From the IMG/VR virus record IMGVR_UViG_3300014208_001449: a DNA stretch of 20,000 bases. One strand, given 5' to 3'. Origin of the DNA: an uncultured virus (IMG/VR IMGVR_UViG_3300014208_001449). Lineage: Duplodnaviria > Heunggongvirae > Uroviricota > Caudoviricetes. Made by a program: the position numbers and the translations under genes. A model generated the notes under the pieces. That model saw only the letters and a list, made by a program, of their open reading frames with translations, did not search any database and was not told the DNA's origin. Shown piece after piece: positions 1-7,510 of the stretch (its first letter is position 1; each line of letters begins with the position of its first letter).

Positions 1-2
1 GA

Positions 3-200
3 GACCCTTCGATAGACAAACCCGAAGACCTCGTAAGAGAGATCCTTCTAGATATGCGAACCGTCCGAGACTCCGCAACTGTACAGGACGCTATCGCCTT
101 TCTGAAAGAAGGGGGCTACGGGATCTTCGATCCTAGCCTTCGCGAACCTGATCCCGAGGCTGTTGTTGAGAGACTTTACCGTCTACTACGCGGAGAATGA
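3..200 (+). CDS. 3' end of a hypothetical protein (truncated by window start)
   Basis: Open frame DPSIDKPEDLVREILLDMR...RLLRGE* ending TGA at 200, 9 nt before the next ATG. Confidence 0.6.
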   Translation, partial: DPSIDKPEDLVREILLDMRTVRDSATVQDAIAFLKEGGYGIFDPSLREPDPEAVVERLYRLLRGE

Positions 201-209
201 GGCCACGAA

Positions 210-497
210 ATGACTTTCAAGCCAGTCTCTCCAAACGAAAAGGGCACGTACGTCCAGTGCCGTCTCTCTCGGGGCAACCAGGGAACCTACTCATGGATCC
301 CCAAGAAGTTTGCCATCGTCGGTAAGGTCCTCCTGCTCAAGGAAGGCGAAGAGTGGGAGGACGACTGGAAGGTGGAAGAGGCCTGGGCCGAAGCGCCCGC
401 AGAAAAGGTCATTGCAGCGTCTCGACTCTACATGAAGCACAGGGACGGAACCGACGCTAGGCGAGATTCAGATGGCTGGAAAGGACCCAATAGATGA
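210..497 (+). CDS. hypothetical phage protein, 95 aa
   Basis: ATG start; 3' end overlaps the next start at 494; protein-like composition (QCRL...SWIP...W). Confidence 0.75.
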   Translation: MTFKPVSPNEKGTYVQCRLSRGNQGTYSWIPKKFAIVGKVLLLKEGEEWEDDWKVEEAWAEAPAEKVIAASRLYMKHRDGTDARRDSDGWKGPNR

Positions 498-916
498 GCA
501 CTTCTGAATGGGGCAGGCCGTATCGGAAAAGTTTCCCTGGACACCGTATCTTCCCGACTACCTCATGTGCCGACTGCGAGTATTTCGAAGTGGCCGCCAT
601 GTTCAGCCGGAGGTGCAGCAAGAATCCAGACACGCATATCTGGGCTCCAGGATTCAGCCCCGAGCAAGAACGCCAAGAGAACGGAGGAGTGCAAGCTGAG
701 GTTTGCCCAAGCTTCACTTTGGCAAGAGAGATTCTGGAGTGCTTGCCTCACCGTTGTCTCGACTGTGCTTTCTTCGAACAGGCTGTTTACCCGACTGTCC
801 TGGATGGTGGCCCCTACTGTAACCTCGTCAACACCTCTATGTCTGACGAGAAGTCCAGGGAGGGGAACCTCTGTCAATCGTTTAGCTCGAAACCCGCTAG
901 CACCCACGTGGAGTAA
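494..916 (+). CDS. Cys-rich protein with two copies of domain C (CxxCx(F/Y)...C...CxxF)
   Basis: CADCEYF...RRCSK...CPSF and CLDCAFF...PYCNL...CQSF. Confidence 0.75.
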   Translation: MSTSEWGRPYRKSFPGHRIFPTTSCADCEYFEVAAMFSRRCSKNPDTHIWAPGFSPEQERQENGGVQAEVCPSFTLAREILECLPHRCLDCAFFEQAVYPTVLDGGPYCNLVNTSMSDEKSREGNLCQSFSSKPASTHVE

Positions 917-921
917 AAGAA

Positions 922-1470
922 ATGCCTTTCGAGAACCATCCCAATCAACGGTGCTTGGATTGTGCTTTTCAGTCTTACCGGCTGGGCCGCCCGCAACCTG
1001 TTTTGAGTGTGGGATTCGGCACGCAGATTGTCGGTGAAATTCCCACGGTTTCCACCCCTATCTGTTCTTTAACCTTTTTCGAGATATCCGTCGACCCTGA
1101 AACTTACAATAGCTGTCCTTCTTACCGGCTTAGGGATTACCCAAAATCTGGAATTCAGTGTAAAACAGTTTGCGCAAAGCCCCAGAAAAACTGTGACGCT
1201 TCCACCTGCCCTGACTATGCAGAATGGCCACATGGCTCTACGGTAAATAGTGTTGTCACCCTCCCCGAGAAGTGTGGCCTAGGAGACCAACCTGGAACCC
1301 GAACCGGAGAGGTACGGTGCCCGCACCTGCAACCCGCGTTTGATAGATATGGTCATTTTGATGGAGAGGACTGCTCTCTAGAAGACGTCCGGTGCGGAGA
1401 GGAACGGTCAAACAGTTGCCCTCTCGACCGAGACAATCCTGGCAAGGCCCTAACCTGGAGGCTTGACTAA
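922..1470 (+). CDS. Cys-rich protein: N-terminal domain C plus C-terminal domain B
   Basis: RCLDCAF...PICSL...CPSY; VTLPEKC...RCPHL...CSL...CPLDRDNPGKALTWRL; TAATG overlap with next gene. Confidence 0.8.
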   Translation: MPFENHPNQRCLDCAFQSYRLGRPQPVLSVGFGTQIVGEIPTVSTPICSLTFFEISVDPETYNSCPSYRLRDYPKSGIQCKTVCAKPQKNCDASTCPDYAEWPHGSTVNSVVTLPEKCGLGDQPGTRTGEVRCPHLQPAFDRYGHFDGEDCSLEDVRCGEERSNSCPLDRDNPGKALTWRLD

Positions 1471-1958
1471 TGACTATCCCCCTGGAAACCATTGCACTAG
1501 CTGGCGGCCTCTTTGTCCCCCTCGTTGTCTGGCACTTTTTGGCAGATTGGTGCACGCAGTCAGAATACTCAGCAGAGGTCAAACACGAAGGAAACTGGGA
1601 ACTCACCGCCCACTGTCTCCTTTACACGTTCCTATTCGTGCCCTTCCTCTACCTGTACGGACTGCCCCTCTGGGCCAAGATCGCAGCAGGCTCGATTCTG
1701 CTCTGGTCCCACTGGACTGGAGATCGAGGCATTCCCGTGTGGCTATGGGCTCGGTACATCCGGAAAATGACGTGTGTTCTAAACCTGGAAACTCTTGAGC
1801 GGGAGCGAATGACAGTGCCCAAGGACTTGTTCCGTGACGGACAGTTCTTGAACACGTCTTTCTACTTCCGACCGATCCTGGTCATCGTCATTGACCAGTT
1901 GTGGCATTTACTGTGGCTTTGGGCTATTGTTGGGCTGACGCTCTACGTAAGGGGCTGA
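1470..1958 (+). CDS. DUF3307-like integral membrane protein (putative metal-binding His/Asp motifs)
   Basis: Hydrophobic helices with HFLADW, HCLLY, HWTGD and DQLWH motifs typical of DUF3307. Confidence 0.75.
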   Translation: MTIPLETIALAGGLFVPLVVWHFLADWCTQSEYSAEVKHEGNWELTAHCLLYTFLFVPFLYLYGLPLWAKIAAGSILLWSHWTGDRGIPVWLWARYIRKMTCVLNLETLERERMTVPKDLFRDGQFLNTSFYFRPILVIVIDQLWHLLWLWAIVGLTLYVRG

Positions 1959-1960
1959 TC

Positions 1961-2644
1961 ATGCTCGTGTACATGTTGACGTTCGAGGATCTCCGGACCT
2001 ACGAAGGCTATCAGTTGGAGCTAGGGGTAACCCATGAAATTCCGGAGGACCCAAACCGGAGGTGGCAGAAAACCCTGTGCTCAGACAGTCTGTTCAACTG
2101 GTATCTTGACCCTCTCCTGGCGGCAATCTGGGACGCTAGCTACGCCAGATACCAACTCCGGACCGACAGACAGGCCCGACTATTCGAGGCCGAAGCGAGC
2201 GGGCAAATCGTCTTGGGAGAGGATCTGAAAGTCAGCGGAGGGTCGGACGAGATCACGCTCTTACGTGAAATCCCCGTCCTGGAAATCTCACGGAACCAAC
2301 GGGTAACTTTCGCTATCCTCTGTGCTCAGGAAGTCACAGATACCCCTACCTGGGGATGGAGAGCCTGGGCCGACAAATGGTTGAGCGGCGAAGACCGAAC
2401 AGAGGAGTCTGCCCGAAAAGCAGGAGACAACATGGGGGCTTTGGAAGGTGGAAGTGCCGAATCGGCGGCTGCCTGGGCCGCCCAACAGGCGGCACGACAC
2501 GAAATTTACCCGTGGATTTTGGCAGAAGAGGTGGGGATGTGGGCTAATCAAGCAGCAGTCCGATCCTCCATGCAGGCCCAACGAAGAAACCTTTCGCCTC
2601 TGGATTTCCTGGCGATTGCCAAACGTGCGGTGGAGAAGGGCTGA
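1961..2644 (+). CDS. conserved phage hypothetical protein, 227 aa, with Ala-rich C-terminus
   Basis: ATG at 1961 directly after the previous stop; LC...Y.DPLLA...RVTFAILCA...WADKWLSGEDR pattern recalled from phage hypothetical proteins. Confidence 0.75.
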   Translation: MLVYMLTFEDLRTYEGYQLELGVTHEIPEDPNRRWQKTLCSDSLFNWYLDPLLAAIWDASYARYQLRTDRQARLFEAEASGQIVLGEDLKVSGGSDEITLLREIPVLEISRNQRVTFAILCAQEVTDTPTWGWRAWADKWLSGEDRTEESARKAGDNMGALEGGSAESAAAWAAQQAARHEIYPWILAEEVGMWANQAAVRSSMQAQRRNLSPLDFLAIAKRAVEKG

Positions 2645-2648
2645 AACC

Positions 2649-2924
2649 ATGATGCTGGAACGAGCCCTTGTGGCCTGGAACAGAGGCGAGCACCTTGTTC
2701 TCGAAGCCCACGGTAGAACTCTCAGAAGAATCATAGAAGAAAAAGGAATCACAAACGCTTTTTACTATGACCCGTGCAGTAGCCCGTTCCACGGAATATG
2801 GGTTTGGGAGGGGACTCCTAACGTAGGACACCCAATCAGTCCCTTCGACGACTATCACTGGCGCCATTTGAAATGGCAAGAACGCAGGTGCTTGCACAAA
2901 CAACTTTGTCTGTGGATGGACTAG
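2649..2924 (+). CDS. hypothetical protein, 91 aa
   Basis: ATG at 2649 (MMLERALVAW...), 4 nt after the previous stop; GGAG upstream. Confidence 0.65.
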   Translation: MMLERALVAWNRGEHLVLEAHGRTLRRIIEEKGITNAFYYDPCSSPFHGIWVWEGTPNVGHPISPFDDYHWRHLKWQERRCLHKQLCLWMD

Positions 2925-2991
2925 CCCCCGCCGTTTTTTCAGCTATAGCCTCCTCTCTGTAGAGAGATTGCGTAAGCTACAGAGTCCGAAT

Positions 2992-3198
2992 ATGAACCGT
3001 TTCAACGCCCCTGAAGTCCTCGCGGCCCTCTTCAAGGCACTTGAAGTGGCAGGGCTCGAAGACACGATTTCCCGCTTGAAGCAGTTGGGCGTGCCTGCTA
3101 TCGTCGACAAAGCTTGGCAACAGAGGTCCAAAATGGCGTCTGAAAACATAGCAGACAAAGTGGCGGACCGGTACCTGAAATCTGAGAAAAGGAAATAG
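2992..3198 (+). CDS. small protein with C-terminal KMA...KVADRY tag
   Basis: MNRFNAPEV...KMASENIADKVADRYLK; alternative TTG start at 2968. Confidence 0.7.
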   Translation: MNRFNAPEVLAALFKALEVAGLEDTISRLKQLGVPAIVDKAWQQRSKMASENIADKVADRYLKSEKRK

Positions 3199-3202
3199 CA
3201 CC

Positions 3203-4255
3203 ATGAACCATACCGCTCGTATCACCCCTCCCTCTTACCTTGTGGTTTCTGAGCCTACGACTGGCAAAGTGGTCTTCAAGACCCCGACGGCCATCAAGAC
3301 GATCGGAGCCATCCGGCACAAGGCTGAGGAGCTTCACGCTCAGTATCCTGGCATGGCGGTCCATGCTCTCGGCACGGAACGAGGATTCGGGGCGGAGAAG
3401 CTTGCCGCAGCTAAACCCGTGGGCAAGGTCCAGAAGGCTATTGTTGCCTACCTGGAAACCAAGAACGACAAGTCGGCCGACAGGGACGAGTTGCTCCGGC
3501 ACTGTGGGCATGGAGTTCACTTCGGTGCCTTTACCGACTCCCTCGACGTACTGGCAAAGAAAGGTCTGGTCAAGATGAAGGACAAGAACGTGACTCTAGT
3601 TACAGAGTCGGATAAGACCGCGTCGCGGGTGGCCTCTCGGTTTGTCCAAGCCCTGATGCCCTATCCGACCATGCGGACCCTGGGGAACTTCAAGGACCCC
3701 AAGCTGATCAGCCGTCTCGTGAATGACCGGACCGACGTGGATTGGATCACGGACCCCCGTAGCGAACTGTACCAGCAGAAGTCGCAGGACAGCGGTTTCC
3801 TGGAGTACACGGTACCCAGTGTCAAGAAGCAGTTCGCAGAGGTGAATGACCTCATTCGCGAGGCTACTACCCGTTGCCTGAAACGCTTGAAGGCTTGGCA
3901 GAAGCTGGCCGTCCCGCAGTTCGAAGAGCTGGGCTACACCGTGAAGCTAGGGAAATTCACTTCCGTCGTTCAAAGTTCGGATTGGGCTGACTACGATTTC
4001 CGGCAGATCATCAGCATCACAGACAACGTGTTCGGCGGCACAGAAAACCGACACCTGACCTGGGGGTTCCGAGACTTCGTGTACCTTTCGGAGTACCAGA
4101 ACCACTGGACCAGTTTCTCCTCAGACTCGCAGATCGATGCACCTCTGACCTTTGCGGCTATGGTGCTCTCTATGAAAGAGCATCTTCAGAAGAATGCCTG
4201 GAAAGAGTTCATCGCTTGGCGTCAGAAGAAGATGACGGAGAAGGGGGTCGCTTAG
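3203..4255 (+). CDS. 350 aa multidomain protein: winged-HTH-like segment, KTASRVASRF tag, C-terminal domain of unknown function
   Basis: Long ORF; VQKAIVAYL...DELL...SLDVLAKKGLVKM resembles a wHTH; internal DKTASRVASRF. Confidence 0.8.
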   Translation: MNHTARITPPSYLVVSEPTTGKVVFKTPTAIKTIGAIRHKAEELHAQYPGMAVHALGTERGFGAEKLAAAKPVGKVQKAIVAYLETKNDKSADRDELLRHCGHGVHFGAFTDSLDVLAKKGLVKMKDKNVTLVTESDKTASRVASRFVQALMPYPTMRTLGNFKDPKLISRLVNDRTDVDWITDPRSELYQQKSQDSGFLEYTVPSVKKQFAEVNDLIREATTRCLKRLKAWQKLAVPQFEELGYTVKLGKFTSVVQSSDWADYDFRQIISITDNVFGGTENRHLTWGFRDFVYLSEYQNHWTSFSSDSQIDAPLTFAAMVLSMKEHLQKNAWKEFIAWRQKKMTEKGVA

Positions 4256-4258
4256 ACC

Positions 4259-4522
4259 ATGCCCAAGAAAGCCCCGCAACCCGTCAACCTGAAAAAGAAA
4301 GACAACCTCACTGTCCACCTGGACTCATCCATCCCTAGAGATACTTCGGCCCAAGCTCTTATAAATCGCCCTGGCTCCGGCCCTCATAAGAACCGCGAAA
4401 AGGACGTGGCAGAGGGACGTTCCAGGAAACCAAAGCATCCAAGACGATGGCTTGATAAAGAGGCACACATGGATGAACTGATTGGAAGGATTGTCTCACG
4501 GCACTCTAAAGAAACCGCCTAG
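4259..4522 (+). CDS. basic protein with GxH...RKxKH motif (ArfA-like pattern) and KEA...RIVSRH tag
   Basis: GSGPHKNREK...SRKPKHP; DKEAHMDELIGRIVSRH. Confidence 0.7.
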   Translation: MPKKAPQPVNLKKKDNLTVHLDSSIPRDTSAQALINRPGSGPHKNREKDVAEGRSRKPKHPRRWLDKEAHMDELIGRIVSRHSKETA

Positions 4523-4533
4523 AAAGGTAACCC

Positions 4534-4689
4534 ATGCCCAAGACTCCCAAGCCTGCGAAGCTACGGGACGAAGACCTAGACACTGGAACCTTTCACATCA
4601 AAACAGCCGCTCCGAGTGAGCGGGTCATGAGACTCTTCTCTTCGAAACAGACAGAAAAGAAACCAGTGAAACGATCCAGAGGCCGGTAA
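4534..4689 (+). CDS. 51 aa basic protein with KTA...RVMRLF tag (not in ORF track)
   Basis: GAAAGG RBS, ATG 4534, MPKTPKPAKLRDEDLDTGTFHIKTAAPSERVMRLFSSKQTEKKPVKRSRGR*, TAA 4687-4689. Confidence 0.65.
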   Translation: MPKTPKPAKLRDEDLDTGTFHIKTAAPSERVMRLFSSKQTEKKPVKRSRGR

Positions 4690-4698
4690 CGTTAGTCC

Positions 4699-4727
4699 TT
4701 GACAGCCCCTATCTCCCACGCTAATCT
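4699..4727 (+). promoter_or_regulatory. sigma70-type promoter
   Basis: TTGACA (4699-4704), exactly 17 nt spacer, TAATCT (4722-4727). Confidence 0.7.
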
Positions 4728-4733
4728 TTCTTC

Positions 4734-4908
4734 AATTCCCGTTGGGCCCCTGCTCCGTTGCAGCACAGTGCCTCGCGGGAGGTTGCTTACTGGGCCGAAC
4801 GGTGCCCGAAGCGACGTCGGCTGGCTACATCTACCCGAGGCTAGCAGTCCGGCGATGGGGACTAGGAGGTGCTCGTTTCGATGATGAAAACGGGCTCCTT
4901 CCTTTTCT
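4734..4908 (+). ncRNA. candidate structured non-coding RNA of unknown family (~175 nt)
   Basis: Lies between a consensus promoter and a terminator-like hairpin; multiple complementary segments; no convincing + strand ORF. Confidence 0.55.
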
Positions 4909-4909
4909 T
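4864..4909 (+). terminator. intrinsic terminator-like hairpin
   Basis: GCTCGTTT (4871-4878) / AAACGGGC (4888-4895), closed by AGGA/TCCT, followed by TCCTTTTCTT. Confidence 0.5.
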
Positions 4910-4939
4910 GTTTCATTCCCCCAGACTTTGGCGTATACA
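4910..4939 (+). promoter_or_regulatory. SigB/SigF-like promoter GTTT-N17-GCGTAT
   Basis: GTTTCATTC-N11-GGCGTATACA; same layout as 6345-6374; upstream of ATG 4972. Confidence 0.55.
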
Positions 4940-4971
4940 GGAAACGTAAAGGGTCTACCTAGGGACTTGTC

Positions 4972-5337
4972 ATGTTCCGCGAGACAACCATCGAAGAGTA
5001 CACACAGGGCGGGTGCCACCTGTTAGCCAAAGAGATCCTCCGACTCCGGCCTGACCTAAAGGCTGGGATTCTTTCTCACAGGGGGGATGCAATCGGAGAA
5101 GCCCACTGTTTCGTTATCCTGCCCGAGAGTGAGTCCCTCGATACCCTTGTTCTCGACGTAACAGGGAAACAGCCCCTCTACAAGCTGAAAGACGAATGGG
5201 GTTGGTTGAAACACGTGTCTGTCTTTGATTCCCGCGAGGAATTCGAAGAGGAGGTTTCAGATTGGTGGGCTCCGGATATCCCCAAGCCTTCGGTTCGCAG
5301 AGTCGCAAAGGTTCTACTTCAGTCTGTTGGGCTCTAA
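4972..5337 (+). CDS. putative transglutaminase/papain-like fold protein (Cys-His-Asp triad)
   Basis: YTQGGCHLLA...AHCFV...VLDVTG pattern. Confidence 0.65.
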   Translation: MFRETTIEEYTQGGCHLLAKEILRLRPDLKAGILSHRGDAIGEAHCFVILPESESLDTLVLDVTGKQPLYKLKDEWGWLKHVSVFDSREEFEEEVSDWWAPDIPKPSVRRVAKVLLQSVGL

Positions 5338-5339
5338 GG

Positions 5340-5528
5340 CTAGATCGTCGTTGGCCGGTAAAGCTGTTCGTCGGTCACCTGTCGAACTTTCCGCAACTGC
5401 GCAATCTCAGCTTCCGCTCTGGCAAAAATCGCCTCCAAAGCAGCACGGTCTGTCAGGCGTTCCGCTGCAGCTTGCACTTGTGCTTTCAGTTCCGCTTCAC
5501 GTTCAGGAGTCAGGCCAAGGTTGCTCAT
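5340..5528 (-). CDS. small coiled-coil hypothetical protein
   Basis: ATG 5528 with AGGAG upstream (TTG 5549 is an alternative start); helical E/A/R-rich sequence. Confidence 0.65.
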   Translation of the reverse strand: MSNLGLTPEREAELKAQVQAAAERLTDRAALEAIFARAEAEIAQLRKVRQVTDEQLYRPTTI

Positions 5529-5545
5529 CTCTTTGCTCCTAGCCG

Positions 5546-5770
5546 TCAAGGTTTGCGGCTACGCAGGATTTCCAAGTGCTTGTCAAACTCCGCTTTGAAC
5601 TCCGCCAACGCTTTGCCCTCACTGTCAAGCATCATGACGGCGGCGTCCAGAAGTTTGGCGTAGGCCAGGACCAGTACCGTAACACTACGCGGTTCTAGAT
5701 CCAGGACTTCCTCTTCCACCGAAGAGATTAGGTTCAAGTCCACACTACTGACAAAATCGGAACACTTCAT
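5546..5770 (-). CDS. hypothetical protein, 74 aa
   Basis: ATG 5770 (MKCSDFV...) overlaps the upstream stop (ATGA). Confidence 0.65.
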   Translation of the reverse strand: MKCSDFVSSVDLNLISSVEEEVLDLEPRSVTVLVLAYAKLLDAAVMMLDSEGKALAEFKAEFDKHLEILRSRKP

Positions 5771-5985
5771 TTTATCCACCCTTCCGTCCAGTTTTCGCAA
5801 GTGGGTTCACCGACACAGCCGAAACAAGGCAGATCCCCATCCCATGCCTTGGAACAGCTATCGAGCCGGAACCAGTGGTAAGAGTTTGTCCCGTCAGGAC
5901 TGGCAACTAGCCAATATTCCCAGTGCCCGCCTCGTCGTTTACGCCACCACGCCCAGCCGCCAAACAGCCCGTCGAAAAGGTCCAT
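5767..5985 (-). CDS. Trp-rich hypothetical protein
   Basis: GGGAG RBS; GGWAWWRKRRGGHWEYW. Confidence 0.65.
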   Translation of the reverse strand: MDLFDGLFGGWAWWRKRRGGHWEYWLVASPDGTNSYHWFRLDSCSKAWDGDLPCFGCVGEPTCENWTEGWIK

Positions 5986-6061
5986 TTTTTATACTCCCTA
6001 TCTATTCACGTCTAACCAAGTTTTCGTTCAAAGCCAAGGCATTTCCTGCCACGGAATCTAT

Positions 6062-6274
6062 TCACCGTCCAGTCCCATTAAGGTGCCGCCTGTTCCGATA
6101 AGAGAACGTCGCAGACCGATAAAACTCCTCCGGCGGAGTCACGTCGTAGAAGTAATTCTCGTCCGGTTCATAGGTCAGCCCGGCTGCTTCACAGGGCACC
6201 TGAGGATACGGGACCGGACCGCTTTTCAGATAAGTCGGCAACAGACTGTCAGGCTTGTTCCACTTGAGCGGCAT
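6062..6274 (-). CDS. hypothetical protein, 70 aa
   Basis: GGAG RBS then AAAAATG; promoter-like motif upstream. Confidence 0.6.
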   Translation of the reverse strand: MPLKWNKPDSLLPTYLKSGPVPYPQVPCEAAGLTYEPDENYFYDVTPPEEFYRSATFSYRNRRHLNGTGR

Positions 6275-6306
6275 TTTTGTCAGTCTCCATGAAGGGCCTC
6301 TTTACT

Positions 6307-6330
6307 ATACCCGATTTCAGTCTAGGAAAC
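6307..6330 (-). promoter_or_regulatory. SigB-like promoter GTTT-N14-GGGTAT (leftward)
   Basis: Minus strand reads GTTTCCTAGACTGAAATCGGGTAT, upstream of the gene starting at 6274. Confidence 0.45.
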
Positions 6331-6344
6331 CATGTACGATTCCA

Positions 6345-6374
6345 GTTTCATTCTGGTCCGGTCCGGTGTATACA
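6345..6374 (+). promoter_or_regulatory. SigB/SigF-like promoter GTTT-N17-GTGTAT
   Basis: GTTTCATTC-N11-GGTGTATACA at the head of the long rightward gene run. Confidence 0.55.
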
Positions 6375-6416
6375 TAGGGTGCGAGAGAGAACGGACCTCA
6401 GTTGGGAGACAAGAAG

Positions 6417-6764
6417 ATGAGCACCAAGCAGACCGACCTGTACCCCTGGACCGAAGATATGGAAGTCTCCCTGACCTCCGGCAGAAGCCACGATGTCCCC
6501 CGCTTCCACAAGGTCTCCCGCCTCACCGACACGATGGTCATCATCAACGAACAAGAGTTCCGCAGGGATACAGGCTACGCGGTAGCCCTCCTCTACCAAG
6601 GCTGGAATATCCACCCCGTCACCCAGGAAGACCGTGACCTCGTGAACTTGCTGGATACCCGTGCCAAGCTGGTCAAGGCTCTTGACAGCTTCCGCCCCCT
6701 CTTCGCAGACAAGGCCACCTGCGAAGCCCTGCTGGCCCTCCTCGAACCCAAGACGGAAAGTTAA
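6417..6764 (+). CDS. hypothetical protein, 115 aa
   Basis: GGGAG RBS, ATG 6417 (MSTKQTDLY...). Confidence 0.75.
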   Translation: MSTKQTDLYPWTEDMEVSLTSGRSHDVPRFHKVSRLTDTMVIINEQEFRRDTGYAVALLYQGWNIHPVTQEDRDLVNLLDTRAKLVKALDSFRPLFADKATCEALLALLEPKTES

Positions 6765-6769
6765 CCAAC

Positions 6770-6967
6770 ATGGACGCTACCAAGATCCAGGATCTCGCTC
6801 AGCGCATCTACGAAAACGAGAAGCAACAGAAGGCCATCGGCTGGGCCAAGTTCGCCGAACGGGCCCAGGCCCTGTGGGGTGAAGTCGCGGAGGAAGATCA
6901 CGAGACTTACCTCGCTGTCAAAACCGCCGTCCAGGCGCTCAAGTTCTCAGGAAAGGAACGAGTGTGA
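6770..6967 (+). CDS. hypothetical protein, 65 aa
   Basis: ATG, GGAAAG upstream, tight packing. Confidence 0.7.
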   Translation: MDATKIQDLAQRIYENEKQQKAIGWAKFAERAQALWGEVAEEDHETYLAVKTAVQALKFSGKERV

Positions 6968-6969
6968 TC

Positions 6970-7239
6970 ATGAAGTTCCCCCTCGGCCAAATGGTCATGA
7001 CTCCTGGTGTCCAGGAACTGGTCCTCGGCGGAGTCTGCAACCCCGCAGCCCTCCTGGCCCGTCACGCGGCCGGAGACTGGGGAGACCTCGACGAAGAGGA
7101 CAAGGCCCAGAACGAGGCCGCCCTGCGGAACAGGGAACGCCTGTTCTCGATGTACAGGCTGAGCCCCGCTCAGAAAGTGTACGTGATCACCGAGCGGGAT
7201 CGTTCCGTCACCACCCTCCTGCTGCCTGAGGAATACTAG
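6970..7239 (+). CDS. 'plasmid-related' conserved protein (FxLG...TPG...RHxxGDWG...ITExDRSxTTxLLPxEY family)
   Basis: Full signature present: FPLGQMVMTPGV, LARHAAGDWGDL, VITERDRSVTTLLLPEEY; family recalled from plasmids, ICEs and phages. Confidence 0.85.
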   Translation: MKFPLGQMVMTPGVQELVLGGVCNPAALLARHAAGDWGDLDEEDKAQNEAALRNRERLFSMYRLSPAQKVYVITERDRSVTTLLLPEEY

Positions 7240-7250
7240 GAGACTTCACG

Positions 7251-7499
7251 ATGACCTCCCCTTTCAAGAACCTCAAGTGCGTCCTCTTCCACAACATCCC
7301 CGTCTGTCACGGGTTGAGCACCACCTGCGCTTCTAACGGTAGTTCCTGTAACGCTTGTGTCCCCTACGGTGACTTTCCCCTCTGTTTCCTCGGCATCCGT
7401 GCCCTCGGTGGGTTCTTCAACGCCGTCGGCAACCCCTACGACGACGAAAGCGCGGAGTCCTTCCAGACCCGCGTCAGCAACCTCATCAAGGACCTGTAG
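7251..7499 (+). CDS. Cys-rich hypothetical protein
   Basis: AGGAG RBS; several Cys including CNAC. Confidence 0.7.
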   Translation: MTSPFKNLKCVLFHNIPVCHGLSTTCASNGSSCNACVPYGDFPLCFLGIRALGGFFNAVGNPYDDESAESFQTRVSNLIKDL

Positions 7500-7510
7500 G
7501 AGGAACCACC

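Noticed and set aside
4734..4815. Resemblance to cobalamin riboswitch, SRP or 5S rRNA (AATTCCCG..GCCCC, ACTGGG, CCGAAC)
   Set aside because: Lacks the GGGAA/GGTG and B12-box elements, the SRP CAGG..GNRA..AGCAG core and the 5S helix layout
4875..4895. Hammerhead-like TGATGA..GAAA
   Set aside because: No CUGANGA core with stem II; better explained as a terminator loop
4692..4916. 74-aa minus-strand ORF
   Set aside because: Antisense to the promoter-to-terminator unit, its start overlaps a promoter motif, RBS spacing is poor and composition is unconvincing; not fully excluded
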